From an uncultured Alphaproteobacteria bacterium (lineage in GTDB: Bacteria; Pseudomonadota; Alphaproteobacteria; RF32; CAG-239), in the NCBI GenBank assembly GCA_944391495.1, contig CALXTU010000001.1, positions 59,981 through 123,980 on the forward strand: DNA of 64,000 nucleotides, in the 5' to 3' direction. Positions 8,899 through 17,651 of the stretch are shown piece by piece. Position 1 is the first letter of the stretch. The number at the start of each line of letters is the position of its first letter. The notes under the pieces are model-generated. The model worked only from the letters and a program-made list of their open reading frames with translations. It did no database searches and was not told the origin of the DNA. The translations under genes were made by a program, and so were the position numbers.

Positions 8899-9494
8899 TG
8901 CGTAAAGACTTTTATCTTTTCCGCCACGGTGAAACCGCCTATAACCACGAGGGGCGCTGGCAGGGACGAAGTGTTGATTTACCGCTTGATGCGACCGGGC
9001 TGGCACAGGCAGAAATGCTGGCGAAAAACCTGGCCGGAAAAAGACTGGAAGTTATTTATTCATCGCCGCTGGCGCGCGCCCGTCAGACTGCACAGGCCGT
9101 TGCCGCGGCCGCCGACGTTGAGGTGCGGATTCTGCCGGAGCTGACCGAAGGTGATTTAGGTGTTTGCGAGGGAATGTTCAAAACGGATATTGCCGCACAA
9201 TATCCGGAGCTTTGGCACAAATGGTATGACGAAACCACCGCCACGGACACCCGCTGGCCGGGCGGCGAAAGCAAGCTTGAAATGCAGCAGCGAATGTTCC
9301 GCGGATTTGAAAAAATGCTCTCTGCGCCGGAAAATATTATCGGCGCGGCCTCGCACAGCGGCTCAATGCGGTATTTTTTGCTGGCATTCGGTTACGGGCC
9401 GCATAAAATTCCCAATACTGCCGTGTTTCATCTGGTATATGACGGTTCCTGGCACTTGTCCGAAATATTCGGCAACACAGACAAAAGGAGATAA
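8898..9494 (+). CDS. Histidine phosphatase family protein (phosphoglycerate mutase-like)
   Basis: N-terminal LFRHGETAYN (RHG catalytic motif). GGAGGA RBS. ATGA overlap with the murI stop. Confidence 0.75.
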   Translation: MRKDFYLFRHGETAYNHEGRWQGRSVDLPLDATGLAQAEMLAKNLAGKRLEVIYSSPLARARQTAQAVAAAADVEVRILPELTEGDLGVCEGMFKTDIAAQYPELWHKWYDETTATDTRWPGGESKLEMQQRMFRGFEKMLSAPENIIGAASHSGSMRYFLLAFGYGPHKIPNTAVFHLVYDGSWHLSEIFGNTDKRR

Positions 9495-9497
9495 AAC

Positions 9498-10349
9498 ATG
9501 ACAACGGCATTAATTCTTGAGGGCGGCGCCAAACGCGGCATTTATACGGCCGGCGTGCTTGATGTCCTGCTGGAAAATGGTTTGACGGCGGACGCGGTAT
9601 TCGGTGTCTCAGCCGGAGCAATTCACGGCTGTTCTTTTGTGGCCGGGCAACAGGGGCGCTCTATCCGCTATAACCTCAAATACGGTAATGATCCCCGTTT
9701 TATGAGCCTTAAAAGCTGGCTCAAAACCGGCAATGTGGTTGATGTTGAGTTTTGTTATCACGAGCTGCCGGATAAGCTTGATCCGTTTGATCATGAGGCC
9801 TTTGAAAACGCAGCGGCAAAATTTTATACCGTTTGTTCCAATGTTGAAACCGGACAGGCCGAATATATCCTTTGTCCAAGCCTCAGAGGCGATAAAATCA
9901 ATTATCTGCGTGCCTCGGCCTCGTTGCCGTTTTTATCCAAAATCGTTGAAACCGGCGGCAAAAAACTGCTGGACGGCGGTATTTGTGACAGTATTCCGCT
10001 TAAAGCGGCGCAAAATATGGATTACGGCCGCAATCTCGTTATTTTGACGCGGCCGGAGGGATACCGTAAAAAACCGGCGTACAACGGCTGGCTGGCGCGT
10101 CTGGTTTACCGGAAATATCCGGCTTTTGCCGCTGCGATTGCCCGCCGTCATATTATGTATAATCAAGAGCTTGATTATATCGCCGAACAGGAAAAGCTTG
10201 GCCGGACACTGGTTTTGCGGCCGTCGCGGCTGATTAAAATCGGCAAGATGGAAGCTGATTTGGGAATCGTGCGGCAGATGTATGAACTCGGGCGGCAGGA
10301 TGCCCTTGCCCGGCTGGCCGAGATTAAAGACTTTTTGCAAAAAGATTAG
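9498..10349 (+). CDS. Patatin-like phospholipase
   Basis: Oxyanion GGAKRG motif and GxSxG (GVSAGA) nucleophile elbow typical of the patatin domain. AAGGAG RBS. Confidence 0.8.
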   Translation: MTTALILEGGAKRGIYTAGVLDVLLENGLTADAVFGVSAGAIHGCSFVAGQQGRSIRYNLKYGNDPRFMSLKSWLKTGNVVDVEFCYHELPDKLDPFDHEAFENAAAKFYTVCSNVETGQAEYILCPSLRGDKINYLRASASLPFLSKIVETGGKKLLDGGICDSIPLKAAQNMDYGRNLVILTRPEGYRKKPAYNGWLARLVYRKYPAFAAAIARRHIMYNQELDYIAEQEKLGRTLVLRPSRLIKIGKMEADLGIVRQMYELGRQDALARLAEIKDFLQKD

Positions 10350-10381
10350 AAATAAATGGTTTTCCGTTATTTTGTGTGTCG

Positions 10382-10424
10382 GGCTTAGATTCTTCGGGGC
10401 TATGCCCCTCAGAATGACAGAAAA
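10382..10424. repeat. 43-bp direct repeat (family-A hairpin unit), upstream copy flanking the GIY-YIG gene
   Basis: ggcttagattcttcggggctatgcccctcagaatgacagaaaa. Near-identical copy at 10777-10818. Contains the gggg-ctat-cccc hairpin. A further degenerate unit (gtcatcctgagc...) follows to ~10480. Confidence 0.85.
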
Positions 10425-10494
10425 CGGTATCAGGAATAACGTAATCATATAGTCATCCTGAGCTTTAGCGAAGGATCTAAAGAGATAAAATGCC

Positions 10495-10782
10495 ATGAAA
10501 AATATGTATGTTTATATTATGTCAAATAAACCAAATGGTACTTTATATATAGGTGTTACCAATAATCTTATCCGGCGTGTTTATGAGCATAAAAATTCTT
10601 TAGTTCCCGGTTTTACTTCAAAATACAAATTATATAGTCTTGTCTATTTTGAATGTTTTGATGATGAAGAAACAGCTATTAAAAGAGAAAAAACTTTAAA
10701 AGGGTGGCTACGAAAGAAAAAAATAGAATTAATTATTCGTACTAATCCATCGTGGAGTGATTTATCCGGTTCACTGGTTTAG
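10495..10782 (+). CDS. GIY-YIG nuclease family protein (UPF0213-like), 95 aa
   Basis: YVYIMSN...GTLYIGVTNNLIRRVYEHK is the GIY-YIG signature. Strongly AT-rich relative to its surroundings. The stop codon lies inside the downstream direct repeat. Confidence 0.8.
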   Translation: MKNMYVYIMSNKPNGTLYIGVTNNLIRRVYEHKNSLVPGFTSKYKLYSLVYFECFDDEETAIKREKTLKGWLRKKKIELIIRTNPSWSDLSGSLV

Positions 10783-10818
10783 ATTCTTCGGGGCTATGCC
10801 CCTCAGAATGACAGAAAA
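10777..10818. repeat. Direct repeat, downstream copy flanking the GIY-YIG gene
   Basis: ggtttagattcttcggggctatgcccctcagaatgacagaaaa, one mismatch versus 10382-10424. Followed by a partial unit ctcagaatgac at 10828-10838. Confidence 0.85.
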
Positions 10819-10851
10819 AAAGAATACTCAGAATGACGATAAGAAAAAATA

Positions 10852-10910
10852 GCAGGTTCGAGAACTTGTCGCTGCCGACAATTAAAAAAACAGCCCTCTT
10901 CGAGGACTGT
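10852..10910. repeat. 59-bp direct repeat carrying two hairpins (ttgtcg-ctgc-cgacaa and an A-tract/T-tract terminator-like stem), copy 1
   Basis: gcaggttcgagaacttgtcgctgccgacaattaaaaaaacagccctcttcgaggactgt. Second copy at 11030-11089 with three substitutions. Confidence 0.8.
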
Positions 10911-11029
10911 ACCCGTTGTAAGGGCTTACGCCCGGCAGGACTGACCTCGCTTAAGCTCGGCCGCTGCGCCGTCGCTGTTGCGGCGATACCCCCGTATCGC
11001 CTGCGCCGGCTGGTCAAACCTGCTCTCTC

Positions 11030-11095
11030 GCAGGTTCGAGAACTTGTCGCTGCTGACAATTAAAAAAACAGCCCTCTCTGAGGACTGTTTTTTTA
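11030..11095. repeat. 59-bp direct repeat copy 2 including an intrinsic-terminator hairpin (acagccctc-tc-tgaggactgt + T7)
   Basis: Identical architecture to 10852-10910. The T-run at 11089-11095 abuts the 3' end of tRNA-Val on the opposite strand, so it can terminate in both directions. Confidence 0.7.
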
Positions 11096-11097
11096 AT

Positions 11098-11174
11098 TGG
11101 TGGGAGTGGCAGGACTCGAACCTGCGACCTCTACGATGTCAACGTAACGCTCTAACCACCTGAGCTACACACCC
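11098..11174 (-). tRNA. tRNA-Val (anticodon GAC)
   Basis: The reverse complement folds as a cloverleaf: acceptor GGGTGTG/CACTCCC (one T-T mismatch), D-arm GCTC...GAGC, anticodon stem TTACG/CGTAG with loop TTGACAT, T-arm GCAGG-TTCGAGT-CCTGC, encoded CCA. Confidence 0.85.
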
Positions 11175-11373
11175 GTATTATGAAAATCTTAATAATTCTG
11201 TCGCAGGCGAACCTGCTCTTGCTCCTAAGCTTCGGCGCTTTACGCCTTCGCTAACTCGCTGCGGTCACTCGGTTTGTAACGTTTATTTCGCGGCGCTGAC
11301 GCTTGCTTATAAACTAACAAACTCTCGCCTTTCGTTGAAAACCGCTCCACCGGAGCTGTTTTCCGCCTCAAGC

Positions 11374-11494
11374 CTCTACGATGTCAACGTAACGCGACTG
11401 GCCACCTGAGCTACACACCCGTATTATGAAAATCTTAATAATTCTGTCGCAGGCGAACCTGCTCTTGCTCCTAAGCTCCGGCGTTTTACGCCTT
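11374..11494 (-). pseudogene. Duplicated tRNA-Val 5' half (anticodon stem to 5' end, D-arm altered) plus ~75 bp of upstream/promoter sequence
   Basis: About 121 bp, near-identical to 11129-11249: ctctacgatgtcaacgtaacgc...cctgagctacacacccgtattatgaaaatcttaataattctgtcgcaggcgaacctgctcttgctcctaagct. The D-loop tctaa is replaced by gactgg. Confidence 0.8.
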
Positions 11495-11665
11495 CGACGT
11501 CAAACCTAATGTTTACATCAGTTTAACGCGGAACAAGGTATTCAATAATATATCTTTGTCTTAAATGCAAGTCTTTTTTTGCGCTATTAGCGAATATTTA
11601 ATTTTTGCCGCTTTATAATAAAAAATACTCTTTTCTGCGGTTGTGTTATTAAGGAGCAAATCTGC

Positions 11666-12550
11666 ATGGACGCTAAAATCCTGGATTTTAAAGTTGATTA
11701 CGACAAGCTGAAAATCTTTGACGAATTTAATGTCAAAGAACCTAAATTTCCGATGGTATTGTCATCACCGCACGCCGGGCGGCTGTTTCCGCAGGAATTT
11801 TTAGCCAACAGCGTGTTAACGGAACATGAGCTCCGAATCTCGGAAGACTGCTTTGTCACCGAACTGGTCCGGCCGGCGTCCGATGAGGGAATCCCTCTCC
11901 TCAGCCTTAATCTGCCCCGGACTTTTGTCGACGTCAACCGCGACAAAATCGAACTTGACGATACAATGTTTTTCAATGCCCCGAAAACAACCGACATCAA
12001 CTCACGCCGCTGTCGGGTCGGACTTGGCGTTTTGCATCGTGTCGTTTACCAGAACAAAAATATTTATGACGGTCTGCTGAATTATGATGAGGCCAAAGAA
12101 CGCCTCAAAAATGTTTATGATCCTTATCACAAACGCCTGAAACAGCTTGTGGACAAGTGCGTGCGCAAATTCGGCTTTTGTCTGCTGCTGGACTGCCATT
12201 CAATGCCATCCATCATCTGCAATATCATGAACGAAACCAAACCGCTGGATTTTTGCGTTTGTAATCTGTTTGACGAGAGCTGCCCGCACGAAATGTCGCA
12301 AACATTGTTCGACGGCATGGAAAAAGGCGGATTCCGCGGTGAATTTAACCGTCCGTATGCCGGCGCTTTTATAACTTTTAACTATTGTCAGCCCCGCAAA
12401 AATATCTACACCTTGCAAATTGAGGTTAACCGGGGACTTTATATGGACGAGCAATCTTATCAAAAAAAGCCAAATTTTCAGGATATTAGCCGTCATATCA
12501 GTCAGGCTGTGATCGAATTAGGTCATTTTTTGCTGGATTTTAAAAATTAA
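11666..12550 (+). CDS. N-formylglutamate amidohydrolase (FGase) family protein
   Basis: SSPHAG, DVNRD and LLLDCHSMPS motifs, the conserved metal-binding residues of the FGase family. Confidence 0.7.
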   Translation: MDAKILDFKVDYDKLKIFDEFNVKEPKFPMVLSSPHAGRLFPQEFLANSVLTEHELRISEDCFVTELVRPASDEGIPLLSLNLPRTFVDVNRDKIELDDTMFFNAPKTTDINSRRCRVGLGVLHRVVYQNKNIYDGLLNYDEAKERLKNVYDPYHKRLKQLVDKCVRKFGFCLLLDCHSMPSIICNIMNETKPLDFCVCNLFDESCPHEMSQTLFDGMEKGGFRGEFNRPYAGAFITFNYCQPRKNIYTLQIEVNRGLYMDEQSYQKKPNFQDISRHISQAVIELGHFLLDFKN

Positions 12551-12763
12551 TTATGTTATATACCCCTCTTGTGTGTTAACAATTCGTTAATATATAAATC
12601 GGCGAATTGTTTATTTTCCGGCTTTTTATAACCGGAAAAATGGCTAACTTAACCTTAAGTTTTTAAGTGTTTCTGACAAGAAAAATTAAAGCCGTTAAGC
12701 AGATTGAAATTGGCATATTTGTTGCATAAGGGATATTTGTGGCGAACTTAAGGGAACAGAGGG

Positions 12764-13504
12764 ATGCGACTTTTCGTATCAAAATTTTTGATGTTTTTGT
12801 TATTCTTGCTGATGCTGGTTCAGCCGGTTGAGGCTTCCGAATATCCGCGCTATGTCGATGATACGGAAGTTTGTACGGTGGCCGCACAGCAGTTTGAAAA
12901 AAAATACCAAATCAAAAAGCACCTTCTTTCTACCATTACCAATGTCGAATCCGGCCGCTGGAATCAGGCGCGCCAGAGAAATACGGCTTGGCCGTGGACG
13001 GTTAATGCCCAAGGAAAAGGCCGCTTTTTTGATACCAAACAAGAAGCCATTGCCGCCGTTAAACGCCTGCAGGCCAAGGGGGTAAAAAGCATTGATGTCG
13101 GTTGTATGCAGATTAATCTGGCTTATCATCCGGACGCTTTTGAAAACCTGGAAGAGGCTTTTAACCCGTATAAAAATATGGAATACGGCGCCAAGTTTTT
13201 GAAAAAGCTTTATGCCAAAAAAGGCAATGACTGGAACAAAGCCGCGACGGCTTATCACTCAAGCCTGCCGCGCAAGGCCAAGAAATATGCCCAGAGGCTG
13301 TCAAAGGCTTATCAGGGAATCGTTCAGGCCAGTCTGGAAAGAAAAAATGACAGAAAACCCGCCGCCGAAATTAAAAAGCTTGAAAAAAGCAAATTTTTGG
13401 CCGAAAATACCAGCCAGATTGAAGCAAAGGCCGCTGCGGCTGCCAATGCCTGGCGTGAGGCCAAACTGGCGGAATATCATCTGAGAAAGGCCAGACAACT
13501 CTAA
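12764..13504 (+). CDS. Lytic transglycosylase (SLT domain; VirB1/IagB/PilT-R64-like specialised type) with signal peptide and Lys/Ala-rich C-terminal tail
   Basis: Signal peptide. Catalytic TNVESGRWN...AWPWTVNAQG...IDVGCMQINLAYH matches the ES / GLMQ(I)N motifs of secretion-associated lytic transglycosylases. Confidence 0.75.
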   Translation: MRLFVSKFLMFLLFLLMLVQPVEASEYPRYVDDTEVCTVAAQQFEKKYQIKKHLLSTITNVESGRWNQARQRNTAWPWTVNAQGKGRFFDTKQEAIAAVKRLQAKGVKSIDVGCMQINLAYHPDAFENLEEAFNPYKNMEYGAKFLKKLYAKKGNDWNKAATAYHSSLPRKAKKYAQRLSKAYQGIVQASLERKNDRKPAAEIKKLEKSKFLAENTSQIEAKAAAAANAWREAKLAEYHLRKARQL

Positions 13505-13520
13505 TCTTTCGGGTTTTTAA

Positions 13521-15044
13521 ATGAAAAGCTCCTTAAAGGACACAGGTTTATATTGGCGGCCGCTCGGCGGTAACAATATTGACCAGATCAGCGGACATTG
13601 CTACCAATATACCTGTGTCTGGACAAGGGGCGGACAAAACAAATACTCCTCTTTATTGGTTGATCTGGGAAAATTTGATAATCATCAGGCTCTGGGTATT
13701 CAAAATTCCATCGCTGCGGTACCGGATATCCGCGAAGTGCTGCAAGACAAAGAGCTTAATCTCAAAGCGCTGCTTTTGACGCACTCACACCCTGATCATC
13801 TGAACGGCATTATCCATTATATCCGCGCCGGCTACAAACTGCCGCCCCTCTACGGCGGGAGGTATACCAAAATGGTGCTGGAAGATTTATATCTGCGGTA
13901 TCAAATCGGCAGAACCAAACAGCCGGATTTTGTGGTTGTCAAAAACGGCGACAAGTTTAAATGCGGACGGCTGGAGGTTGAGGTTATCAGCGCGTCGCAC
14001 ACCTGTTTTGACAGCTTCGGCTATATCATCAGCGACGGCAAAACAACTGTTTATCACAGCGGCGATATGAAAACCGACCAAACAACTTATTTTCGCCGGC
14101 CGACTGATTTGAAACGTCTGCGGCAGTTAGCCGGAAAAATTAATTTCGTGGTGGCCGATTTTTGCGGAATCGATAACGACGGAACGGCCTGGCGCGAAGC
14201 CGATGTCTTAAAGGCTTTGGTCAAAATCATTCGCAAATCGCGCAAAAACAAAATTATTCTCCCGGTGTATCCGACCCATGTCGAAATGTATGTCATTGCC
14301 TTTCTGGCCGCATTAAAACTCAGAAAAAACGTTGTTTTTCAAGGAAATGAAGATTTTTACGCCTATCTGGACATTCTGGAACGTTATGGTATTGATTTTG
14401 CCAAAATGGCCAACGGGAAAATCCGCGTTTTTAAGACGATGCCCGAAGATCCGGCCGAACTGCAGGGAAAGTTTGTCGTTATCGGTGCGTTTAACGACCT
14501 GAACGAAACGCTTTTAGCCAAACCGCGGGAAATTTTTGCCCTGATTACCGCACGAACTTATTTTAATCCGCTCAAAGGGCAGCTCAACGCTCATGATATT
14601 CCGTTTATCACGCTGAAGGACTATCCTGTCTTACAAGGTGCCGGCCACGGTTTTTTGCAAGACTGGGAAATTATCCGCGATATTCTGCCGCAGGCGGTGT
14701 TTATTCCCATGCATTGCCCGCATTTTGTTGCCGAAAGTTTCCGGCCGCTGGCCGAATTCCTCGGTTTTAACATAATCAAACCGATACCGGAAAATAATTA
14801 TTTGTTTAAACTTTGTGGTAACCAATATCAGTTATTATCAAAATCACCGGCCGTGTGGATGGTCGCCGGTGAGGACGGCTGCTTAACCGAGGTCTGGCAG
14901 CGTGCCACCTCCGGCACCGGCTTTCTTAAAAGAACATTCAGCCGGCGGCGAACCGTGCAAAAATTTAAAATGATGTTATGCCAACGGAGAAAAACAAATG
15001 CAGGCAACAAAATACCGCAAACAATACAACATCCGCTCATATGA
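13521..15044 (+). CDS. RNase J-like metallo-beta-lactamase / beta-CASP ribonuclease
   Basis: LLLTHSHPDHLNGI (HxHxDH) motif near the N-terminus, a beta-CASP-like middle and a PMHCPHF motif-C-like region. The extreme C-terminus overlaps the next gene and may be read-through. Confidence 0.65.
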   Translation: MKSSLKDTGLYWRPLGGNNIDQISGHCYQYTCVWTRGGQNKYSSLLVDLGKFDNHQALGIQNSIAAVPDIREVLQDKELNLKALLLTHSHPDHLNGIIHYIRAGYKLPPLYGGRYTKMVLEDLYLRYQIGRTKQPDFVVVKNGDKFKCGRLEVEVISASHTCFDSFGYIISDGKTTVYHSGDMKTDQTTYFRRPTDLKRLRQLAGKINFVVADFCGIDNDGTAWREADVLKALVKIIRKSRKNKIILPVYPTHVEMYVIAFLAALKLRKNVVFQGNEDFYAYLDILERYGIDFAKMANGKIRVFKTMPEDPAELQGKFVVIGAFNDLNETLLAKPREIFALITARTYFNPLKGQLNAHDIPFITLKDYPVLQGAGHGFLQDWEIIRDILPQAVFIPMHCPHFVAESFRPLAEFLGFNIIKPIPENNYLFKLCGNQYQLLSKSPAVWMVAGEDGCLTEVWQRATSGTGFLKRTFSRRRTVQKFKMMLCQRRKTNAGNKIPQTIQHPLI

Positions 15045-15735
15045 ATGTGACCGCAATAATAATCTGCGTATCTTAACCCTGATGAATATTTTTCAGGATA
15101 TGGCCGACAATGATGCCGCCAGGCTCAATTTCGGACTAGCCTTTTGTATTGCTAACGGCATGACCTGGGTCGGCAGCAATTATGCGCTGGAAATCGACCG
15201 GCTGCCGAAAATACACGAAAATATAACCATTGAGACATGGCCGTCGGCCAAAAACAAACTTTCGGCTTACCGCGATTTTGAAGTTTTCGGTGAAGACGGA
15301 AAGCCGATTATCCGCGCCTCCAGCCAGTGGGTTATGCTTAATCTGGAAAAAAGGCGGCCGGTTTCGGTCATTGATGCCCTGCCGCAGTATCAGCCGCTAG
15401 AAGAGCGTGCCGTGGCAACGGATTTTCCAAAAATCGGCGAAATTACCGACGGCGACAGCCAATTTAAATTCCGGGTGAGGTTTGACGATATTGATCTTAA
15501 CAAGCATATCAACAATGCCGTATATATTCTGTGGGTGACCGAGGCGGTTGAGCCGGAGTTCCGACTGGCGCATAATCCGGCGAGAATCGACATCAACTTT
15601 CGCAAAGAAGGTTATATGGGCGAAAAAATCATGGTCATTACCCGCATGGAAGATTTGAAATCTTACCACAGTATCCGCACCTATGATTCGGACAACGAAC
15701 GCGAGTTGGCCCGGGCCGTTATTGAATGGAAATGA
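14998..15735 (+). CDS. Acyl-ACP thioesterase (hot-dog fold)
   Basis: Two hot-dog repeats with typical acyl-ACP thioesterase patterns: YECDRNN...MTWVGSNYALEIDRLP and the catalytic-region DIDLNKHINNAVY. Confidence 0.7.
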   Translation: MQATKYRKQYNIRSYECDRNNNLRILTLMNIFQDMADNDAARLNFGLAFCIANGMTWVGSNYALEIDRLPKIHENITIETWPSAKNKLSAYRDFEVFGEDGKPIIRASSQWVMLNLEKRRPVSVIDALPQYQPLEERAVATDFPKIGEITDGDSQFKFRVRFDDIDLNKHINNAVYILWVTEAVEPEFRLAHNPARIDINFRKEGYMGEKIMVITRMEDLKSYHSIRTYDSDNERELARAVIEWK

Positions 15736-15747
15736 TTTTATGATATA

Positions 15748-15784
15748 TAAAAAGCCATTTCTGCCGGCACCGGCAGAAATGGCT
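15748..15784. terminator. Bidirectional intrinsic terminator between convergent genes
   Basis: Perfect palindrome gccatttctgccgg-cac-cggcagaaatggc flanked by an A-run and a T-run. Confidence 0.8.
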
Positions 15785-15793
15785 TTGTTGCAA

Positions 15794-16171
15794 CTACTTC
15801 CGGTAAACATCGGCCCGTTTCAAAAGGTATTCAAGCCTTTTGTAATCAGACCGTCCCGGGGACATAACGCGGAAATAATACCGTAATTCGTCAACATCTT
15901 CTTTAGAGGCATATTGCATCCAAAGTTCGACATTCTCATAGATAATATCAATTTTTTCGTGCACCGTCAGATTCTGCATCCGAACAGTCATATCGCGATA
16001 AAAATTGTAATCTCTTACGGCAAAATATATTCCCGTGAGGCAGCCGGCCGCAATACATAGACCGATTACCCCCACAAACAAAACGCCGCCGGCAAAGCCG
16101 ACAACACCGGCGAAAAGCGCTATGATGACAATCGCCACGCCCCATAAAACCTGTTGCTTTAGTCTTTTCAT
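15794..16171 (-). CDS. Small membrane protein (two TM helices), hypothetical
   Basis: ATG at 16171 (MKRLKQQ) chosen over the TTG at 16234. Two long hydrophobic helices (VLWGVAIVIIALFAGVVGFAGGVLFVGVIGLCIAAGCLTGIYF). Confidence 0.4.
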   Translation of the reverse strand: MKRLKQQVLWGVAIVIIALFAGVVGFAGGVLFVGVIGLCIAAGCLTGIYFAVRDYNFYRDMTVRMQNLTVHEKIDIIYENVELWMQYASKEDVDELRYYFRVMSPGRSDYKRLEYLLKRADVYRK

Positions 16172-16293
16172 AACAATAATTTTAAAATGATACCTTTGTA
16201 CCTTTTTTGTAACATTATCGGAGCCGTTTAGCAAGAAAAATACTGGATTTTTGGTAAAATGCCTCTAAAATGAGCACAAGAGGTGTTATGCTT

Positions 16294-17019
16294 ATGCAAA
16301 CTTATGATGAAAATTATCTGCTGAACAAGCGTGTGAAAATTTATCAGCCTTTTGAGGGATACCGGGCATCGACCGATGCCGTATGGGTTGCCGCGGCGGT
16401 CAGCCGGGTTAAAAAAGGCGATAATATTTTAGACGCCGGCACGGGGACGGGAGCCATAGCCCTTTGCCTGGCACAGCGTTTTAAGAACTGCGGCATATCA
16501 ATTACCGGAATCGAAAAACAGCCTCTTTTGGCGCAGGCAGCTGCCTTAAGCGCCAAGGCCAACGGTTTTGATTTTGTACAAATCATCAATGCCGATATCT
16601 TTCATGCCGGGCTCAAACCTTGTTCGTTTGCCCATGTCATCACCAACCCGCCTTATGCCGAAGACGATATGCCCTCCCCGAACAACAGTAAGGCCATGGC
16701 TCATAATTTTCAGGACGGAGGTCTGAAGGAATGGCTTGATTTCTGTATCAAGATGCTGCGGCCGCAGGGACATTTTTATATTATCAACCGCGCCGAGGCC
16801 CTGGAAAACATTATTGCCTGCCTGCACGGGAGACTGGGAAAAATAGAGGTGCTGCCGCTGTGCTCCAAGCCCGGACAGCCTGCCAAACGCGTCATTATAC
16901 GGGCGCAGAAAGATTCCAAAGCACCGCTGGTGCTGCATCCGGCAATTTTGATTCATCAGCCGGACGGCTCACATTCGGCAGCGGCCGAGGCGGTTTTGCG
17001 CGACGGTTTGTCAATTTAA
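16294..17019 (+). CDS. tRNA1(Val) (adenine37-N6)-methyltransferase, TrmN6/YfiC-like (N6-adenine MTase with NPPY motif)
   Basis: SAM-binding LDAGTGTGAI and catalytic NPPY. Start ATG 16294 preferred because AGAGGTG lies at RBS distance; 16270 and 16288 are alternatives. Confidence 0.7.
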   Translation: MQTYDENYLLNKRVKIYQPFEGYRASTDAVWVAAAVSRVKKGDNILDAGTGTGAIALCLAQRFKNCGISITGIEKQPLLAQAAALSAKANGFDFVQIINADIFHAGLKPCSFAHVITNPPYAEDDMPSPNNSKAMAHNFQDGGLKEWLDFCIKMLRPQGHFYIINRAEALENIIACLHGRLGKIEVLPLCSKPGQPAKRVIIRAQKDSKAPLVLHPAILIHQPDGSHSAAAEAVLRDGLSI

Positions 17020-17118
17020 ATATTGACATATCAGTCTTTTGGCTTTATAAAGCGGGGTGTCCGAGGACTCCGGATTTTCCGGAGCTTTAAATAACGATAA
17101 TTAACCGGAGAAAATAAA

Positions 17119-17253
17119 ATGAAACGCACATATCAACCTTCAAAGCTGGTAAGAGCCCGTCGTCACGGTTTTCGCGCACGGATGGCAACTGCGGGCGGAC
17201 GCAAAGTTCTGGCCGCACGCCGCGCTCATAACCGCAAAAAGATTTCGGCGTAA
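17119..17253 (+). CDS. rpmH: 50S ribosomal protein L34
   Basis: Encodes [44 protein letters not shown] (44 aa), too short for the ORF track. GGAG RBS. Directly precedes rnpA. Confidence 0.95.
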   Translation: MKRTYQPSKLVRARRHGFRARMATAGGRKVLAARRAHNRKKISA

Positions 17254-17264
17254 TTTTTGTTAAG

Positions 17265-17651
17265 ATGAAAGTTTTTATCTTAAAAAAGCGCAAAGACTTT
17301 GTTAAAGCCGCCCAGGAATTTAAAGTTGTTGTCAACGGTTTGGTTCTGCAGGCGGCTTTAAATTTGTCCGAAAAGGCAAAGGACTGCTGTTTTGTCGGCT
17401 ATACCGCCACCAAAAAGCTGGGAAAGGCGCATATTCGCAACCGCACCAAACGCCGGCTGCGGGCAGCGGTGGCAATGGTTTTTCCCTCTTTGGCAAAGGC
17501 CGGTGTTAATTACGTTGTTATCGGCCGCCACAATACAACCGAGCTGGAATTTGCTTATCTTACCCGGCGGCTGCGTGACGCTATTAACGAAATAAACGCC
17601 CAAATTGAAGCCCGGCAACAGTCCCCTTCCGAAGCAGAAGAAAAGTTATGA
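17265..17651 (+). CDS. rnpA: Ribonuclease P protein component
   Basis: Basic 128-aa protein immediately after rpmH. Conserved RnpA RNR-like region (NRTKRRLR). Confidence 0.85.
   Translation: MKVFILKKRKDFVKAAQEFKVVVNGLVLQAALNLSEKAKDCCFVGYTATKKLGKAHIRNRTKRRLRAAVAMVFPSLAKAGVNYVVIGRHNTTELEFAYLTRRLRDAINEINAQIEARQQSPSEAEEKL

Noticed and set aside
10833-11163. ORF-track ORFs 10833-11063 and 10978-11163 in the tRNA-Val region
   Set aside because: They run through the 59-bp direct repeats, the GC-rich structured spacer and the tRNA-Val gene itself. No RBS, and amino-acid composition is dictated by the repeats. Treated as non-coding.
11098-11494. Genomic island integrated at tRNA-Val
   Set aside because: The duplicated segment is the 5' half plus promoter rather than the 3' end. 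The intervening DNA is only 245 bp with no integrase or cargo. Interpreted as a local duplication or scar.
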